Source of the DNA: Microbotryum violaceum
Lineage: Eukaryota
Reading direction: 5' to 3'
DNA length: 64,000 bases
Assembly (NCBI GenBank): GCA_001244265.2
Contig: CDLV01000004.1
Span: forward strand, 1,240,001-1,304,000
Shown: positions 1-16,495 of the stretch, in pieces
Layout of the letters: the number at the start of each line of letters is the position of its first letter
Position numbering within the stretch: the first letter of the stretch is position 1
Notes under the pieces: generated by a model
Seen by the model: only the letters and a program-made list of their open reading frames with translations
What the model was told of the DNA's origin: nothing
The model's database searches: none
Program-made: the position numbers and the translations under genes

Positions 1-878
1 TGGTACCTTCAGCACGGCCTGCCATCTTGGGTGTAGATCGGTTCGGATCGGAGTGTAGTCGCAAGGCCACACATCAGTTGCCAAGTCAAAGTCGGGGGTG
101 GGATGGGCTCGTACAATTGCTGTGCGCGCAAGTCCCTGCCAGATCGCATCCGAACCGCCAAGAAGCACATCCCAGACGCGTGCCGCAACCGAGTCGACAA
201 CGTCCTGCATCCGCATGACCCCAAGACCCCCTTGAACCTCGGTGTGAAGACGATGTCCTTGCCATAGCACGACCTCCTCTTGCCGCCGCGGACAAAGTCA
301 ACGAGAATGCGATCAAGCTCCTTGACGACCTCAAGCGATGGGATGTCGGCGGAGAGGATGTGCAGAATCTTGGGAATGGCGTATCAGTTGACGTAGAACG
401 CTCGGGTGTGGTGTGTGAGCCCCCGGTCCCGTGCCGAATCGAGCACCGCTTCGAGCCGTGCGACAAGATTCACGTTGGCAAGTTTGGTGTTGCCGGCGGG
501 GTCAAAAGATAGGCCAATCCACTCGAGCGACTCACCCTCGGCCTTGACGACGAGCGGACAATCGCCAGCCTCCCAGCGACACCCGATGGGTAGTACGACG
601 GTCTTGTCGGTGTTGAGCCGGCCATTGGTTGCGAGCCTCCAGTCGAGCGCCAGGTCGTCGAGCAAGGTGAGTGACTCCGAGCCCGCGACGGCAACAACGA
701 CGTCATTGGCAAACGCAAGAGATGTAATGGCGTGGCTCTGTGGGTAGGGGTGAATGGTAGGAAGCAAGAGGTTCAGCGCGATGCCTCGACGGTGCAGAGC
801 ATCCAGGAACGGCTGGAACACAACATCCCAGACCGACGACAACACCGGGTCCCCTTGGCCGAGCCCACACATCAGCCG

Positions 879-1045
879 TGTTGAAGTAAATTACTCTTGC
901 CTTAAATCCGCACTACGCGCGTCTCCACTTTATATTAGTTGCGCGCGCGATTCGCATCTTTGTCTCCTCTTCTTCACTTGATTACGAACTCATTGGCTCG
1001 TCCCTGCCGCCAACTCGTTCAGCACATTGCTGTTCAGTTTCAATA
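879..1045 (+). repeat. 5' LTR of copia element
   Basis: Direct repeat of 5183-5349 with 7 substitutions. Confidence 0.95.
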
Positions 1046-1057
1046 GGTTACGAGCCC
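1046..1057 (+). promoter_or_regulatory. Primer-binding site (half-tRNA-iMet type)
   Basis: GGTTACGAGCCC directly after the LTR. One mismatch to GGTTATGAGCCC, the complement of the tRNA-iMet anticodon arm used by copia/Ty5-type elements. Confidence 0.75.
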
Positions 1058-1090
1058 AACCGAGCGGCCAGCCAATTTGAGTCATCAAGA

Positions 1091-4000
1091 CATGAGCACT
1101 CCTCTCATGGTCACAGGGGGAACAACCCCTATTGTCCTCGTCAAACCACGCGATGTTGACCCATCATGCCATCTGCGAAACGCTGGGGGCTGGTTGCAAT
1201 GGATCGACGACGTGCGAGGCGCCCTTGGCGGCGACTATTGGAACTGCACCCTTGCGACACCCGTCCAATCACCCAACATGCGCACGGATCTCGATCATGC
1301 CAATTTCCAAGCGGCCGCGCTGCTGATGCGTTCTGTTTCACCGGACATCCGAAAACACATAAAGGATGGTTACGACCACACTCCTGCGGAAGTCTTACAG
1401 ATGATCAAGAAGGCGGTCGGTACCGGCACGGTGGCTGACATTCTCATCCGTCTCCAAGCGTTGCTCGACATGGGACCCCCTCCCACCGGCATGGACGCCT
1501 TTGCAAAGTACCAAGCGACGACCATTGAGCTATTTAACACGCTCTTGGGACACGAGCTTACTTTCGAGCAGATTGTGTCGTTCTGCCTTGTCCACTTTGG
1601 CAAGGATCTGTACCGTGAATACTACACGCAAACACTTCGGCAAGGATTGGATAGGCTACCAAGCCCAACGGAGGTCCTCCAGTCGCTCCACACGCAGGCG
1701 GATCAGACGCCAGCTCCCAAACCCGTTGCCATGGTGGTAAGCCCAATTGCGACAGCGGACAAGTCTACCGCGCCTACTTTCTCCCCGTGCCACCACTGCG
1801 GAGGTCCGCACTGGAATTGCAAGTGCCCGGACAACAAGGCTGGGTCCAAGGGGAAGAAGACAAAGGCTCCTTCAGCGCCTTCCGCCTCGCTCGTCACTGC
1901 GCCTGATGTCTCGATGCTGGTTGACGGTCCTGTGCTTGGCTACCTCACAGCCACGATGTCCACCTTGGCCAGGCCCTCCATCATCCTGGACAGTGGGGCA
2001 ACGCACCACATTGTCAACGATTGCGCATGTTTCACGTCCTTCCGCAAGTGCAAGCCAGCTCTGCTCAAAGGCATCACTGGTGAAGTTGTCAACTCCATCG
2101 AAGGCGTCGGTTCCGCAATTGTTTGTTCCTTCGACGGCAGCATCGGCCAACTCAACGACGCCTTGTTCGTGCCCACCGCTCCGGTCAACCTGTTCTCCGC
2201 CAGTCGTGCCAACATCGGGGGTTACGACATCCGTCTGACTCGGGCCAAGGCAACGGTCTCCATTGCCGACATGGTGTGTCACACTGGCGAGCTCAAGAAC
2301 GGACTTTACCACATGCAGGCCTTGCTCGTCGACGTTGCTGCTCTCGTTCATCAAGCGGGTGCGTTCCCGCGTGCGCTCGTAGCCGTTCCCATGTCGGTCT
2401 TGCACGGACGCTTTGCTCACCTCCACCCACGCGCCCTCCAACAGTTGATTTTGACTGAAGCCGTGTTGGGAGTCAGCATGGAGGTAGATTCAAACGAGGA
2501 TTTGAAATGTGACACTTGCCAAGCTGGCAAAATTACGCATCACCCGTTCCCTGCCGTCGCATCAAATTGCTCTGCTCAGCCGCTCAAACGAGTCCACATG
2601 GACCTCCTTGCGTTTGACGGTGCCGTGTCACTAGGGGGTGCCAGATACGCTCTCGTCATCGTGGACGACCATTCTCAGTATTTGTGGGCGATTCCGATGT
2701 CACACAAGTCCGACACCTTTGCGGCCTTCAAATCCTGGCTCGCGAAGGTGGAGCGCTCCACGTCATGCAAAGTCCTTGCTGTCCGCTCGGATAATGGGGG
2801 CGAATTCATGTCGAACAAGTTCTCCAGATTCCTGGAGGAGCAAGGCATTACTCGTCAGCTCTCTATCCCTGACACGCCTCAACAGAATGGAGTTGCCGAA
2901 TGTGCAAATCGTTCAATCACCGAGTGTGTCCGCTCAATGCTCCACCAGTCGGGCCTACCTCACGCTTTGTGGGCCGAGGCATTGGCAACGTACGTCTACG
3001 TCGAAAATCGCTTGCCGCACTCTGCAAACTTGGGCACCACGCCTCACACATGTTGGTACGGTTCCAAACCTTAAGCTGGCCATCTACGCGTGTTTGGCTG
3101 TTGAGCGTGGAAGGCCGCTACCACCGAGCCGCGCAGCAAGCTCGATCCGCAAGGCATCCCACTCGTCTTCGTTGGCTACGACCTCGAGTCCAAGGGGTAC
3201 AGACTGCTGGACCCCAACACGAGACAGGTCTTCAAGTCCCGCAGCGTCACATTCTTTGAGGACAACTTCCCTGCTCAAGCAACAGGGTATCCGAGCGCCC
3301 CCGCTTCCGGCCACGGGGGATGACAACAGCGGGGTCGTCATTATTCCCCCCGAGCACGTTGACCCACCGGCTGCCTTGCGTTTCGACGCCCCTGGCCCGG
3401 CCTGGCAGCCACCCGCAGGCCCACGTACGTGCAATCCGCCGGCTCGGTACGGAGCCCTCGCATCCTTGCGCTCAACGCCTTCTGCCTTTGCATTCTCACT
3501 CGGCGACGAGGTTGTTGCGCTGGTTGCCAATCTTGCGGAGGCAGGCATCGATGTCTCGAAGGCAGACCGTCCTCTCTCTGAGCCCGAAGATCCTTTCACG
3601 CTTCCCACCAGCAATCCCAGTACTTGGAAGGAAGCCATGCGCCACCCTCATGCGGAAGGTTGGAAAGCTGGTGCCATCAAGGAGTTCCGCTCGATGAAGG
3701 ACGACTTCAAGGTGTTCAGCGTGGTCAACCTTGCCTCCGTTCCCAGGGCAGGCACTATCTTGCCAAGTCGCCACGTGTTTCGGACCAAACGCGATAAGGC
3801 GGGCAAAATGGTGTCGTTAAAGAGCCGCATCGTAGCTCAGGGATGCGCACAGCGGGCAGGTGATTTTGACGAGACGTTTGCACCAACGGCGAAGTTCACC
3901 TCCATTCGCGCTCTTGTCGCGCACGCAGCCTCCAGGGGCCACCACATCATACAAGCCGACGTGGACAAGGCCTACCTCCATGGCGTCCTGGAGGAAGAGA

Positions 4001-5182
4001 TCTACATGCGCATCCCCACTGGCATCGAAGGCTATGACGGCAAGTGCCTCCGTCTTCACCGTTCCATCTACGGGCTCAAGCAAGCCGGTCGAGTCTGGAA
4101 CAACACGATCAACGCCACTCTAGCGAATCTTGGCTACCGCCGTCTCGCCTGCGATGAATGCATTTATAGGCGCGCCGACATTTTGGGTGATCACTACATC
4201 GCGCTCTACGTAGACAACCTCCTCTTCTTTGGTCCCGACCTTGGGGAGATCAATCAAGTCCTGGATCAACTCAACACCCTTTATGGCATAAAATGTCTCG
4301 GCCCGGCTGACTGGATTCTAGGGGTTCAGGTTGTCCGGCATGATGATGGCGGGATCACCCTCCTGCAGCGCCAATACCTTGTTGACGTGTTGGCTCGTTT
4401 TGGCATGTCCAATTGCAATCCCTGCAAATCGCCAATGGAGGCCAACCTCCAGTTGTCGCCCGAGATCAACCCCGATGAAGCCGGCAACTCGACGTATTGT
4501 TCTATGATCGGCTCCCTCATGTACGCCGTTGTTGCCACCCGACCCAATCTTGCACACGCTGTGGGGTATCTCTCTCGGTTTTTTGGAAAAGCGGGGGCAG
4601 CGCATCTCGAGGCCGTCAACCGCGTCCTTTGGTACATCAAAGGCTCGCTCGATCTGGGCATCCATTACATGGCTAACAACGAACCCTTGCTGGGATACGA
4701 GGGGTATTCTGACTCGGACTGGGGGTCCGACGTGAACACGTCGAGGTCAACGATGGGCTACTTGTTCAAACTGGCTGGTGGCGTGATATCGTGGTCATCC
4801 CGTCTCCAACCCCAAGTGGCGTGTTTGTCTACGGAAGCCGAGTATCTGGGTCTTTTGCACGCTGCCAAGGAGGCAGTCTTCCTTCGCTCGCTCCTCACCG
4901 AGCTCGGCCTTGACACATCGTCGCTCCTTCGTCTGCTTGGAGACAATCAAGGCGCTATTGCGCTCACCCAGAACCCGGTCTTCCATGCTTGCACCAAACA
5001 CCTTCGCATGTTGGAGCACTTTGTTCGGGAGCACGTTCGAAATGGAGAGATCTTGGTCACCTACATCCCTACCCATGACATGGTGGCCAATATCTTCACC
5101 AAGCCGCTGCCTCGAGCAATTTTCCAGCGTCATTGCGACGCTATTGGCCTTCGGCAAATTTCAGGCCAAGAGCAAGGGGGGG

Positions 5183-5193
<11 letters not shown>
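1091..5193 (+). pseudogene. Copia gag-pol polyprotein, decayed
   Basis: CHHCGGPHWNCKC knuckle, ILDSGATHH protease, HGRFAH..CDTC plus MDL/SDNGGEF/AE integrase, SIYGLKQAGRVW and YVDN RT, YSDSDW..DNQGA..ANIFTK RNase H. Stops at 3072 and ~3102, frameshift near 3290. Confidence 0.93.
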
Positions 5194-9377
<4,184 letters not shown>

Positions 9378-9467
9378 GGATCTCTCTGTGTATCACTTGT
9401 TGGCGTAACCGAAGGTGTGGTGTGGGGTGATTTCAGCTTCGAAAGTGAAAGTGAAAGTGTAACTGAG

Positions 9468-12400
9468 TTTTTTTTTGTTTTTTGTAGAACTTGCTAATCA
9501 TATTGCCCCCAATTCCTGTTCCCCCTGATTGGCCTACGGAAAAACTAGATGGAAGTCGACGATGATAACACAAACCCCCGCAAGATGCGAGAAACGGGCC
9601 GGTGTCCACCAATCCAATACTTGGGATTCAAGTGCCCCAGCCGAGCGGTTGCTCCCCCCAGGAGACGAATGAGAGAGAGAAGGAGAGAGAAAGAGTAACA
9701 AAACGATTTACTAACGACAAGAGGCCCACCCCACACCCACTTCCCAACTCGGTCGAGACAAAAACAGGAGAGCGACTGCGCAGCTACTCTGACCCGCAAA
9801 GTCCCAAGTCTATGCTCGGTCACAACAAGACGCGGTGGAGGCCCCTCAAAACCTCCACCTCAGCAGTCCCTGGCCCCTCAAAGCCGACTTTCTGCCTGTG
9901 TCTGCTGATCCCTCCCTTGACTCAGAACCCGAAGCCAAAGAGCGCGAGTCACCGTCGAGTCAATCTCAAATCGCGAGCCGGTCCATGAGCGACGAAGGCA
10001 GACCTGTAATAGATGAAAGATGAAAGCAAGATATTTAGTATACAGTTTTTTGTTGGAAGATGAAGCGTGATGGTGTGTGTGTGTGGGGTGTGGTGGGGGG
10101 GAAATCGAACCCAGCCTCTACTGCCCTCGCCCGCCCCTTGCTCCTCCCGCCCTCAACTTCATCCTCTCCTCCAGTACCACTCTCCTCCTCTCCACGCTTT
10201 CCATCCTCGTCCCGTGCTTCTGCATCCTCCATCTTCCACTGCTGATCATCTCCAAAACTATCCCCGTGAAGATCTCGATCGTCCTGCCCGCCCCTTCCTG
10301 TTCGCTGAGCTTGGCCTTGAGCTTGGGCAGGCCAAAGAGCCGTTGCAGTGTCGTGTACTGGGCGTCCTCAATCGTATCGCACCCGAGTGCGTCGCAGAGC
10401 ACGCCCCTTGCCGCGATCCAGATGTTCCACGAGTCAACACAGCCAAAAAAGTAGTGGGCGGTGTTGTCCACCGCCGCTTCGCAGACGAGGCACGCAGGAG
10501 AAGTGTTGTGATTTTGTTGGTGTTGCAGCTTGCGCGTCGGGGTGAAGCAGAGAATCAGCTTGAACCAAACTTCCCTCTCCCTTGCCGTCAGTGCCTTCGA
10601 GTTGACCGCCTTCGAAAAGCTCCTGAGGTCGTCCGGCTACGGTGGTCCCTTGAGCCCGAGCGTGTTGGTAAAGGCCTTCGCGTTCAGGACCCGGCGGATG
10701 CGACGGATGGTGTACGGTCAAGCCATTTTCAGCAGCTTGTACTGGCTCGCCTGCTGTGGAAGCACCAGGTACGGAAGGCGCTGCTCCATTGCGAAGCAGG
10801 CCACGGGCTTGGGGAGAATTGCCTCGAGCGGTGCGCTGGTGCCGATCCGGGGGGCACGTTGAGCCGTCCCGCCGCCACCGCCACCGCCAAGGGCGTGTTC
10901 TTGTGTCGATCGACAGTGAACCGGTACCAGGCCGCGATTGCCAGTCGCTGCGGGAGCCCGCGTCGATTGTACTCGCTGTTGTCGCCGAGCACATCCGCCG
11001 GCGGCGTCCAAAGGTGAAACCCCCCACCCGCATACAACTCGCGCCGGTAGAGATCCGCCACCTTTGGGTAGCCCTGGAGATGAAGGTAGTCAGGTATATG
11101 AACCGCGTCAATGGTCTGTCTCCCTCTGATGGGGGTGTGGAGGCTGCCGAGCAAGGTGGGAAGCGCGAGCAGGTTCGTAGTGGTCAAGGTCCTCGGGTTG
11201 ACCTGCGCGTCTTGCTGTTTCGGAACCCCCAATGCTGCTCGCCATCGGGGATGGAGATCGCTGGGGATGGGAGTGGATGGATGTGGCCAGAGATCGGTGG
11301 CCAGGTCGAGGTCGGACTGAGCTCGCTGGAGTGCTGCGCGCGCAAGTCCTTGCCAGATTGCGCCCGAACCGCCGAGAAGAACGTCCCAGATCCGTGCCGC
11401 AACCGCGTCCACGACGTCCTGCATCCTGATCACCCGAGTCTCCCCTTGAGCTTGGCTGTGAACACAATATCTCTGCCGTAGCTGGTCTTGCCCTTGCCCC
11501 CACGGACGAAATCGATGAGCATGTCATCGAGCTTCTTGACGACTTCGGGCGGCGGGATGTCGGCTGCAAGGAAGTGCAGGATCTTGGGGATGGCGTACCG
11601 ATTGACGTAAAAGGCACGGGTGTGGTGTGTGAGCCAGCGATGCTGAACCCCTTCCAGCGTCGCCTCGAGGCGTTCGATGAGATTCGCGTAGGCGAGTTCG
11701 GTGTCGCCGCTTGGGTCGAAGGGGAGGCCAATCCACTCGAGCGACTCGCCTGCGGCCTTGACAACGAGCGGGCGTTACCCCGGGTCCCAGCGGCGTCCGA
11801 TCGGTAGGACGACCGTCTTGTCCGTGTTGAGCCGGCCATTTGTTGCATGCCTCCAGTCGAGCGCCAGATCATCGAGCAAGTTGAGTGACTCCACGCCCGC
11901 GACGGCGACGACAACGTCATTGGCAAAAGCAAGTGATGTAATGGCGCGGCTCTGTGGGTACGAATGAAGTGCAGGTATGGACAGATTCAGCGCAATGTTT
12001 CGACGGTGTAGAGCATCCAGAAACGGCTGAAACACGATGTCCCAGACCGAAGACGACGCCGGGTCCCCTTGGCCGAGCCCACACGTCAGTCGTACCGGCG
12101 CCGTCAAGAACCCATTGATGATGTAGCGGGCCGAGGTCGAGTCACCCGAGTAGAGCATCTTCAGCACGCGAAGAAAGGTGGCAGGAGCGCCCAGAGCGTC
12201 AAAGATGGCGAAGATCCAGTCATGCTCGACGAGGTCGTAGGCGGACGATTGGTCAAGAGATAAGAGTGCGGCCGCGGGAACTCGGTCCTGCGCGCGCCAA
12301 CTTCCTCGATCAGGAGACGAAGGTGTAGTGCAGCGTCAGCCGATCGGCGGTCCTTGACGAATCCGTGCTGCTGCGGCGGGAGGAGATCCGGTAGAATCTG

Positions 12401-15400
12401 GTTCAAGCGGGCGACATAGACCTTGGTAAAGATCTTGTAATCGCACTCGCGCAGGGTGATCGGCCGGTACGACGAAAGTTCGGCGCGATCGGCATTCTTC
12501 TTGTGTCGCTTGAAGATGAGGCGCACGAGTCCTTGGCCCTGCTTGGGAGAGAGTGAGCCTCGCTCTATCATCGCGTTGTAGGCCTTGGTCAGCACCTTGG
12601 CCCACGCCTTGGGTGCGGTCTGGTAGAGTTTGTAGGGCACGCCCGACGGTCCCGGCGATCGCCCGGGTGCGTCGTCCCGATCGCGGCCACGACCTCGTCC
12701 TCGGTGATTGGTCGCTGGAGTAAGTCGATCTGCGATTCCGAGAGTCGGCGCAGAAAGAGAGGATCCGAGCGCGGGTCGTCGCAAGTCCGCGCCGCCCTGA
12801 TCGGCGCGAGGAATTCGTCCCGAAGTCGGTCGACGCGGTCCGGGTCACGAGGCTCGATGTGGTAGAGGCGCTGGAAATGCGCCTACGTGTGGTCAAGAGC
12901 GACATCAATGTCATGCGTTAGCTCTCCGTTGCTCAAGCGCAGTGCTGTGATCTTGGAGTCCGAGTTCCGCGCCGCAAGCTTGGCGTGGACCGGCCGCGAC
13001 AGTCGTTCCTCGGAGGCGATCTCGGGTACGTGGGCTCGGATCCGGAGTAGGCGCGCGCGCTCCTCGACCGCCCGCTTGAGTTCCTCGGACGTCCTTGTCC
13101 ATTCTGCCGTTTCCGCCTCCCCCCATTCCGGTATCGCCTCCAGATCCTGCACCCTCCCCACCAAATACTCCATCCGTTCCGTCCGCTCCCGATGCAACCT
13201 CCTCGCCATCTCCCCACCCCTATCCCTGCACGCCTTCAGAATGACCTCGAGCTTCCCCACCGGTTCCTCCCCGCTTGCCCCTTCCAACCATCCTTCCATC
13301 ATCCGCTGGAATTCCACCGTCTTAAATGTTGTGGTGTTGATTCGATGTAGTTGGTTTGATGTGGTAGGTAGGCTGAGCTGTGGGAGGGTCGCATCAGGAT
13401 CGTCTGAGAGAGCCAGCACAATCAAGACCGGTCGGTGATCGGAAAGCTCCTTGGGATAGTCGTAGATTGTCGAGGCCTGATCGAGTCTTTTTTGGTGTGT
13501 CCGTTGCAGGAGAAAGTAGTCAAGCCGGGAGAAGGAGTTGGGTCGCTTGCGATTGGGATTAGGTCGAGTGAAGGATGGGGTGATGGGGTGTTTGTAGCGG
13601 ATGCAGTCCGTGTAGGCCGAGTCGAGCTTGCCGATCAGGATTGGCCAGTGGTGGCCGCGCCGACTTTGGTTCCGCCGATCGACTCCTGGGCGCGGGCAGT
13701 CGTTGAGATCACCGCCAAGGAGTCGGAGGTGGGATTTCTGTGTTTTGTGAAATAAGAGTTTGTCAAAGAATTTCGCTCGTTGCTTTGGGTCAACAGGCGC
13801 GTAAACGTTGTTGATTTCTAGAATTTTGATGTCGCCCCGCAGACGAAAGGACGTGACGAGGAGCCGGCCGTCGAGTGCCGAGTGGGTGCGCAAGAGCTCG
13901 GCGTCGATCAGGGGGGAGTCAGCCGGAATTAGAGTCAGACAATGTTGGTTGATGAAGAGCTTGCCCTCGTACTCGTCCTTGATGAGTTGCCAGAGGTGCG
14001 GTCTGATGAAGTGCTCTTGTATGAGAATGGCCAATGCTTTGAAAAGGGATAGGTAGTTGTAAATGTCACATCGTTTCTCAGGGACCCCCATGCCCCTCCT
14101 CACGTTCCAGGTGATGATGGTGTGCTTAATCATTAATGGGTAGTTGAGGTCGAAGCGCTCTTGGCGGTGATGACGTCCTCAAAGAGGGGGAGGGCGGGCA
14201 GGACATCGTCCTCGGGCTCGTGGTCGGACCATCTTTTCTCCTTGGCTACCCCTTTGCTTTCCCTCGGTCCACTTTTGTCACGCCAACCGGCATCGCCGCC
14301 GCCGCTGACATCGACCTCGTCACCCTCCGCCCCTCTGTTCCATCCTTGACAACGACGCGGCTCTTCCCTTTGATGATCACTCGCTTGGTGTCGGTCGGTT
14401 CATCACTCGGGTCACTGAGGTCCGCCGCAGTCTGCGACCTCTTCATTACCGGCTTTTTGAACTTCGCAGCGGTCCCCCTTATATTGATGGAACGTATCTC
14501 ACCGTCCTCATCCCACGTGGCAAAGTTGTGACGCACCAAAGGGGTTTCAGCATCGAGCCTCCTCTCAAAGCTTTGGTCCCGCTCGAGTCGTGCCTGCTCA
14601 ACCCAGTTAGCTCTGATCCTGTCCCACTCCTCCCCTCACAAAGCGACTTGGCGAGAGTTTTGGGTGACAAAGGTGGGGTTGGTTCGTGGGTGTCGATTCG
14701 CGGGAAGCGGTGGCGGCGGTTGCTGTTGTGTCGCTGTCGTCGTCATTGTCCAGCCTGTTCGTCTCCCCTAAGTCCGTCGCTTCCGCGTTCTCCGCTTTCG
14801 TTGCTCCCCCTGCCTCGTCCACATCGTCCACCTCCGTTGCCACCTCCTCTTCCTCCATCTCTGTCGCCACCTCCCTTTCCTCCATCTCCGTCGCCACCTT
14901 GCCTTCTGTTTCGCCCCTTCCATCCGCCATCACCTCATCCTCATCAATCACCTCTCCATCGGATCCTCCGCGGTCCTCTAAAACCGACTCGTCCTTGCTC
15001 TTGAGTTTGATGACCTCCGTTTTCGCGGTCGCCTCTGATTCCATCTCCGAGTCCTTGGAGTCCTCGGAGTCCGCCTTATCACCAGCGTCCTCCTCCCCCA
15101 ATTCCTCTGGCCCCTGTCCGCTCTGGCCAGTTACCACTTCCTCCTGTCCCTCCTCAACCTCGAGCCCGGTGAAGTGATTCTGTGATGCGATCCTGTTAAC
15201 AACCGGCACAGGAATGGGGGCCTCGGCCTCCACAATGTTGGTGTTGTTGGCGTTGGTGTTGCCGTTGTGAGCCTCCTTTCGCTTGCTCTCCTGATCCAGT
15301 CCGCAGGTTCCCACGCGACCAACAAAGTGGCACCTACCGCAAGCTGCCTCCTTCTCATAGTCATGGCAAAGGGCGGTGACCGGGATGCCTCGAGTGGGAA

Positions 15401-15779
15401 GGCCGATTCTCGAAGGTAGAATCTCTTTCAAGGTCATGTTTGGGCATTTGAATAGGGAGTTGTCATTGAAGTGTAGGAAAGCTGAGTAGTCTCCGGCAAC
15501 GTGGGCAAAGGCCGAGGCATTGTCCACGCTGATAATGCGCAGAACCTGCACAAGTTGGCACAAATGTCCCTTGCCTGACAAGTCCTGCACTAGTAATTGG
15601 AACGATTTGATGATGGCTTCCATGGAAGGCACTCCTTGAACACCGACGTTGATTCGAAGCTCGACCATGTTATGGTGGAACCTGTGAGATTTTGCGAAGC
15701 GGGCCTTCGCCAATCGCCAAGTGAGAGCAGGGGGTGTCGTAAGCGCAGCGTCACGTGCCTCGCCGGTGACCATGGCTCC
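9468..15779 (-). mobile_element. LINE copy B (family 1), 5'-truncated within ORF1, ~630-bp 3' UTR and A-tail
   Basis: ORF1 remnant 15779-14133, ORF2 14133-10118, T-run 9468-9483 on the + strand. Near-identical to copy D. Confidence 0.92.
10118..14133 (-). pseudogene. LINE B ORF2 (APE-RT-C-terminal zinc finger), disrupted
   Basis: TWNVR..SDHRPV endonuclease, RT motifs, CLVC..HYFFGC C-terminal finger. In-frame stops at 12883, 11775, 10718 and 10637, plus 1-bp frameshifts. Confidence 0.88.
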
Positions 15780-16495
15780 TTTTTTTTTGTTTAACTGGGC
15801 TCATAAATTACGATCCTTCGGGTTGGCTAGAATCGCTACAAAAAGAGCTAAAAGAGGTAATAAAGCAACAACGACAAGCAGCTGGGTGAAAATCAAACCC
15901 CTGCGCGCAAAGAGCGCTGCGCAGATCAAAGCCCGCCGAGTACCTAACGCGGACTCCAACGGGCGGTGAGTACTGCTGCCGCTTCACGTCCCAAGAGCGG
16001 GAGCGAAGATACTCGAAAACCAGGCAAGAGCGCCTAGAGAAAGAAGGAAGAGAGTATACAGAAAGTCACAAACGGGAACACCGAGAAAGGAAAATACTAA
16101 AACAAGGGGAAAGGAGGGGAGGAGGGGGGACACACCCGAGGGATCAAGAAAGGGGTCGAACCCAGGGATAGAGGTCCCCAAAGACTAACAGGCCGCAGCC
16201 AAGCCCCAGCTACTCGTCACCCCGACAACGCCCGATGGCCCTCCTTGGCTGAGTCTCGAGTGCTGGCTGTTGAGCCGTCGGAAGTCGAGCAAAAAAACGA
16301 TCCAATAAAATGAATGAGCCTTCTTCCCGATCCACGCCGTAACGACCATTCCATTTGACGACATCCATCAAGCGGCTTGGAGGGAAAAGGGGAAGGTGGC
16401 CTGCTTGCCAATCCAACATCCAAAAACAAAGATTGCCACTGGGCAAAAGAAAGGAAGAGAGGTGCGCAGCCTTCCACTGCGCAACAAGTTTCGAG
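15780..16495 (-). mobile_element. LINE family 2 fragment: 3' UTR only, with A-tail
   Basis: Blocks of high similarity to 33605-34540, which lies downstream of a LINE C-terminal zinc-finger ORF. T-run at 15780. Confidence 0.8.

Noticed and set aside
16150-16165. B-box-like GGTTCGACCCC in the family 2 UTR (and GGTTCGATTTC near 10105)
   Set aside because: Not conserved in the second family 2 copy; no A box or cloverleaf.
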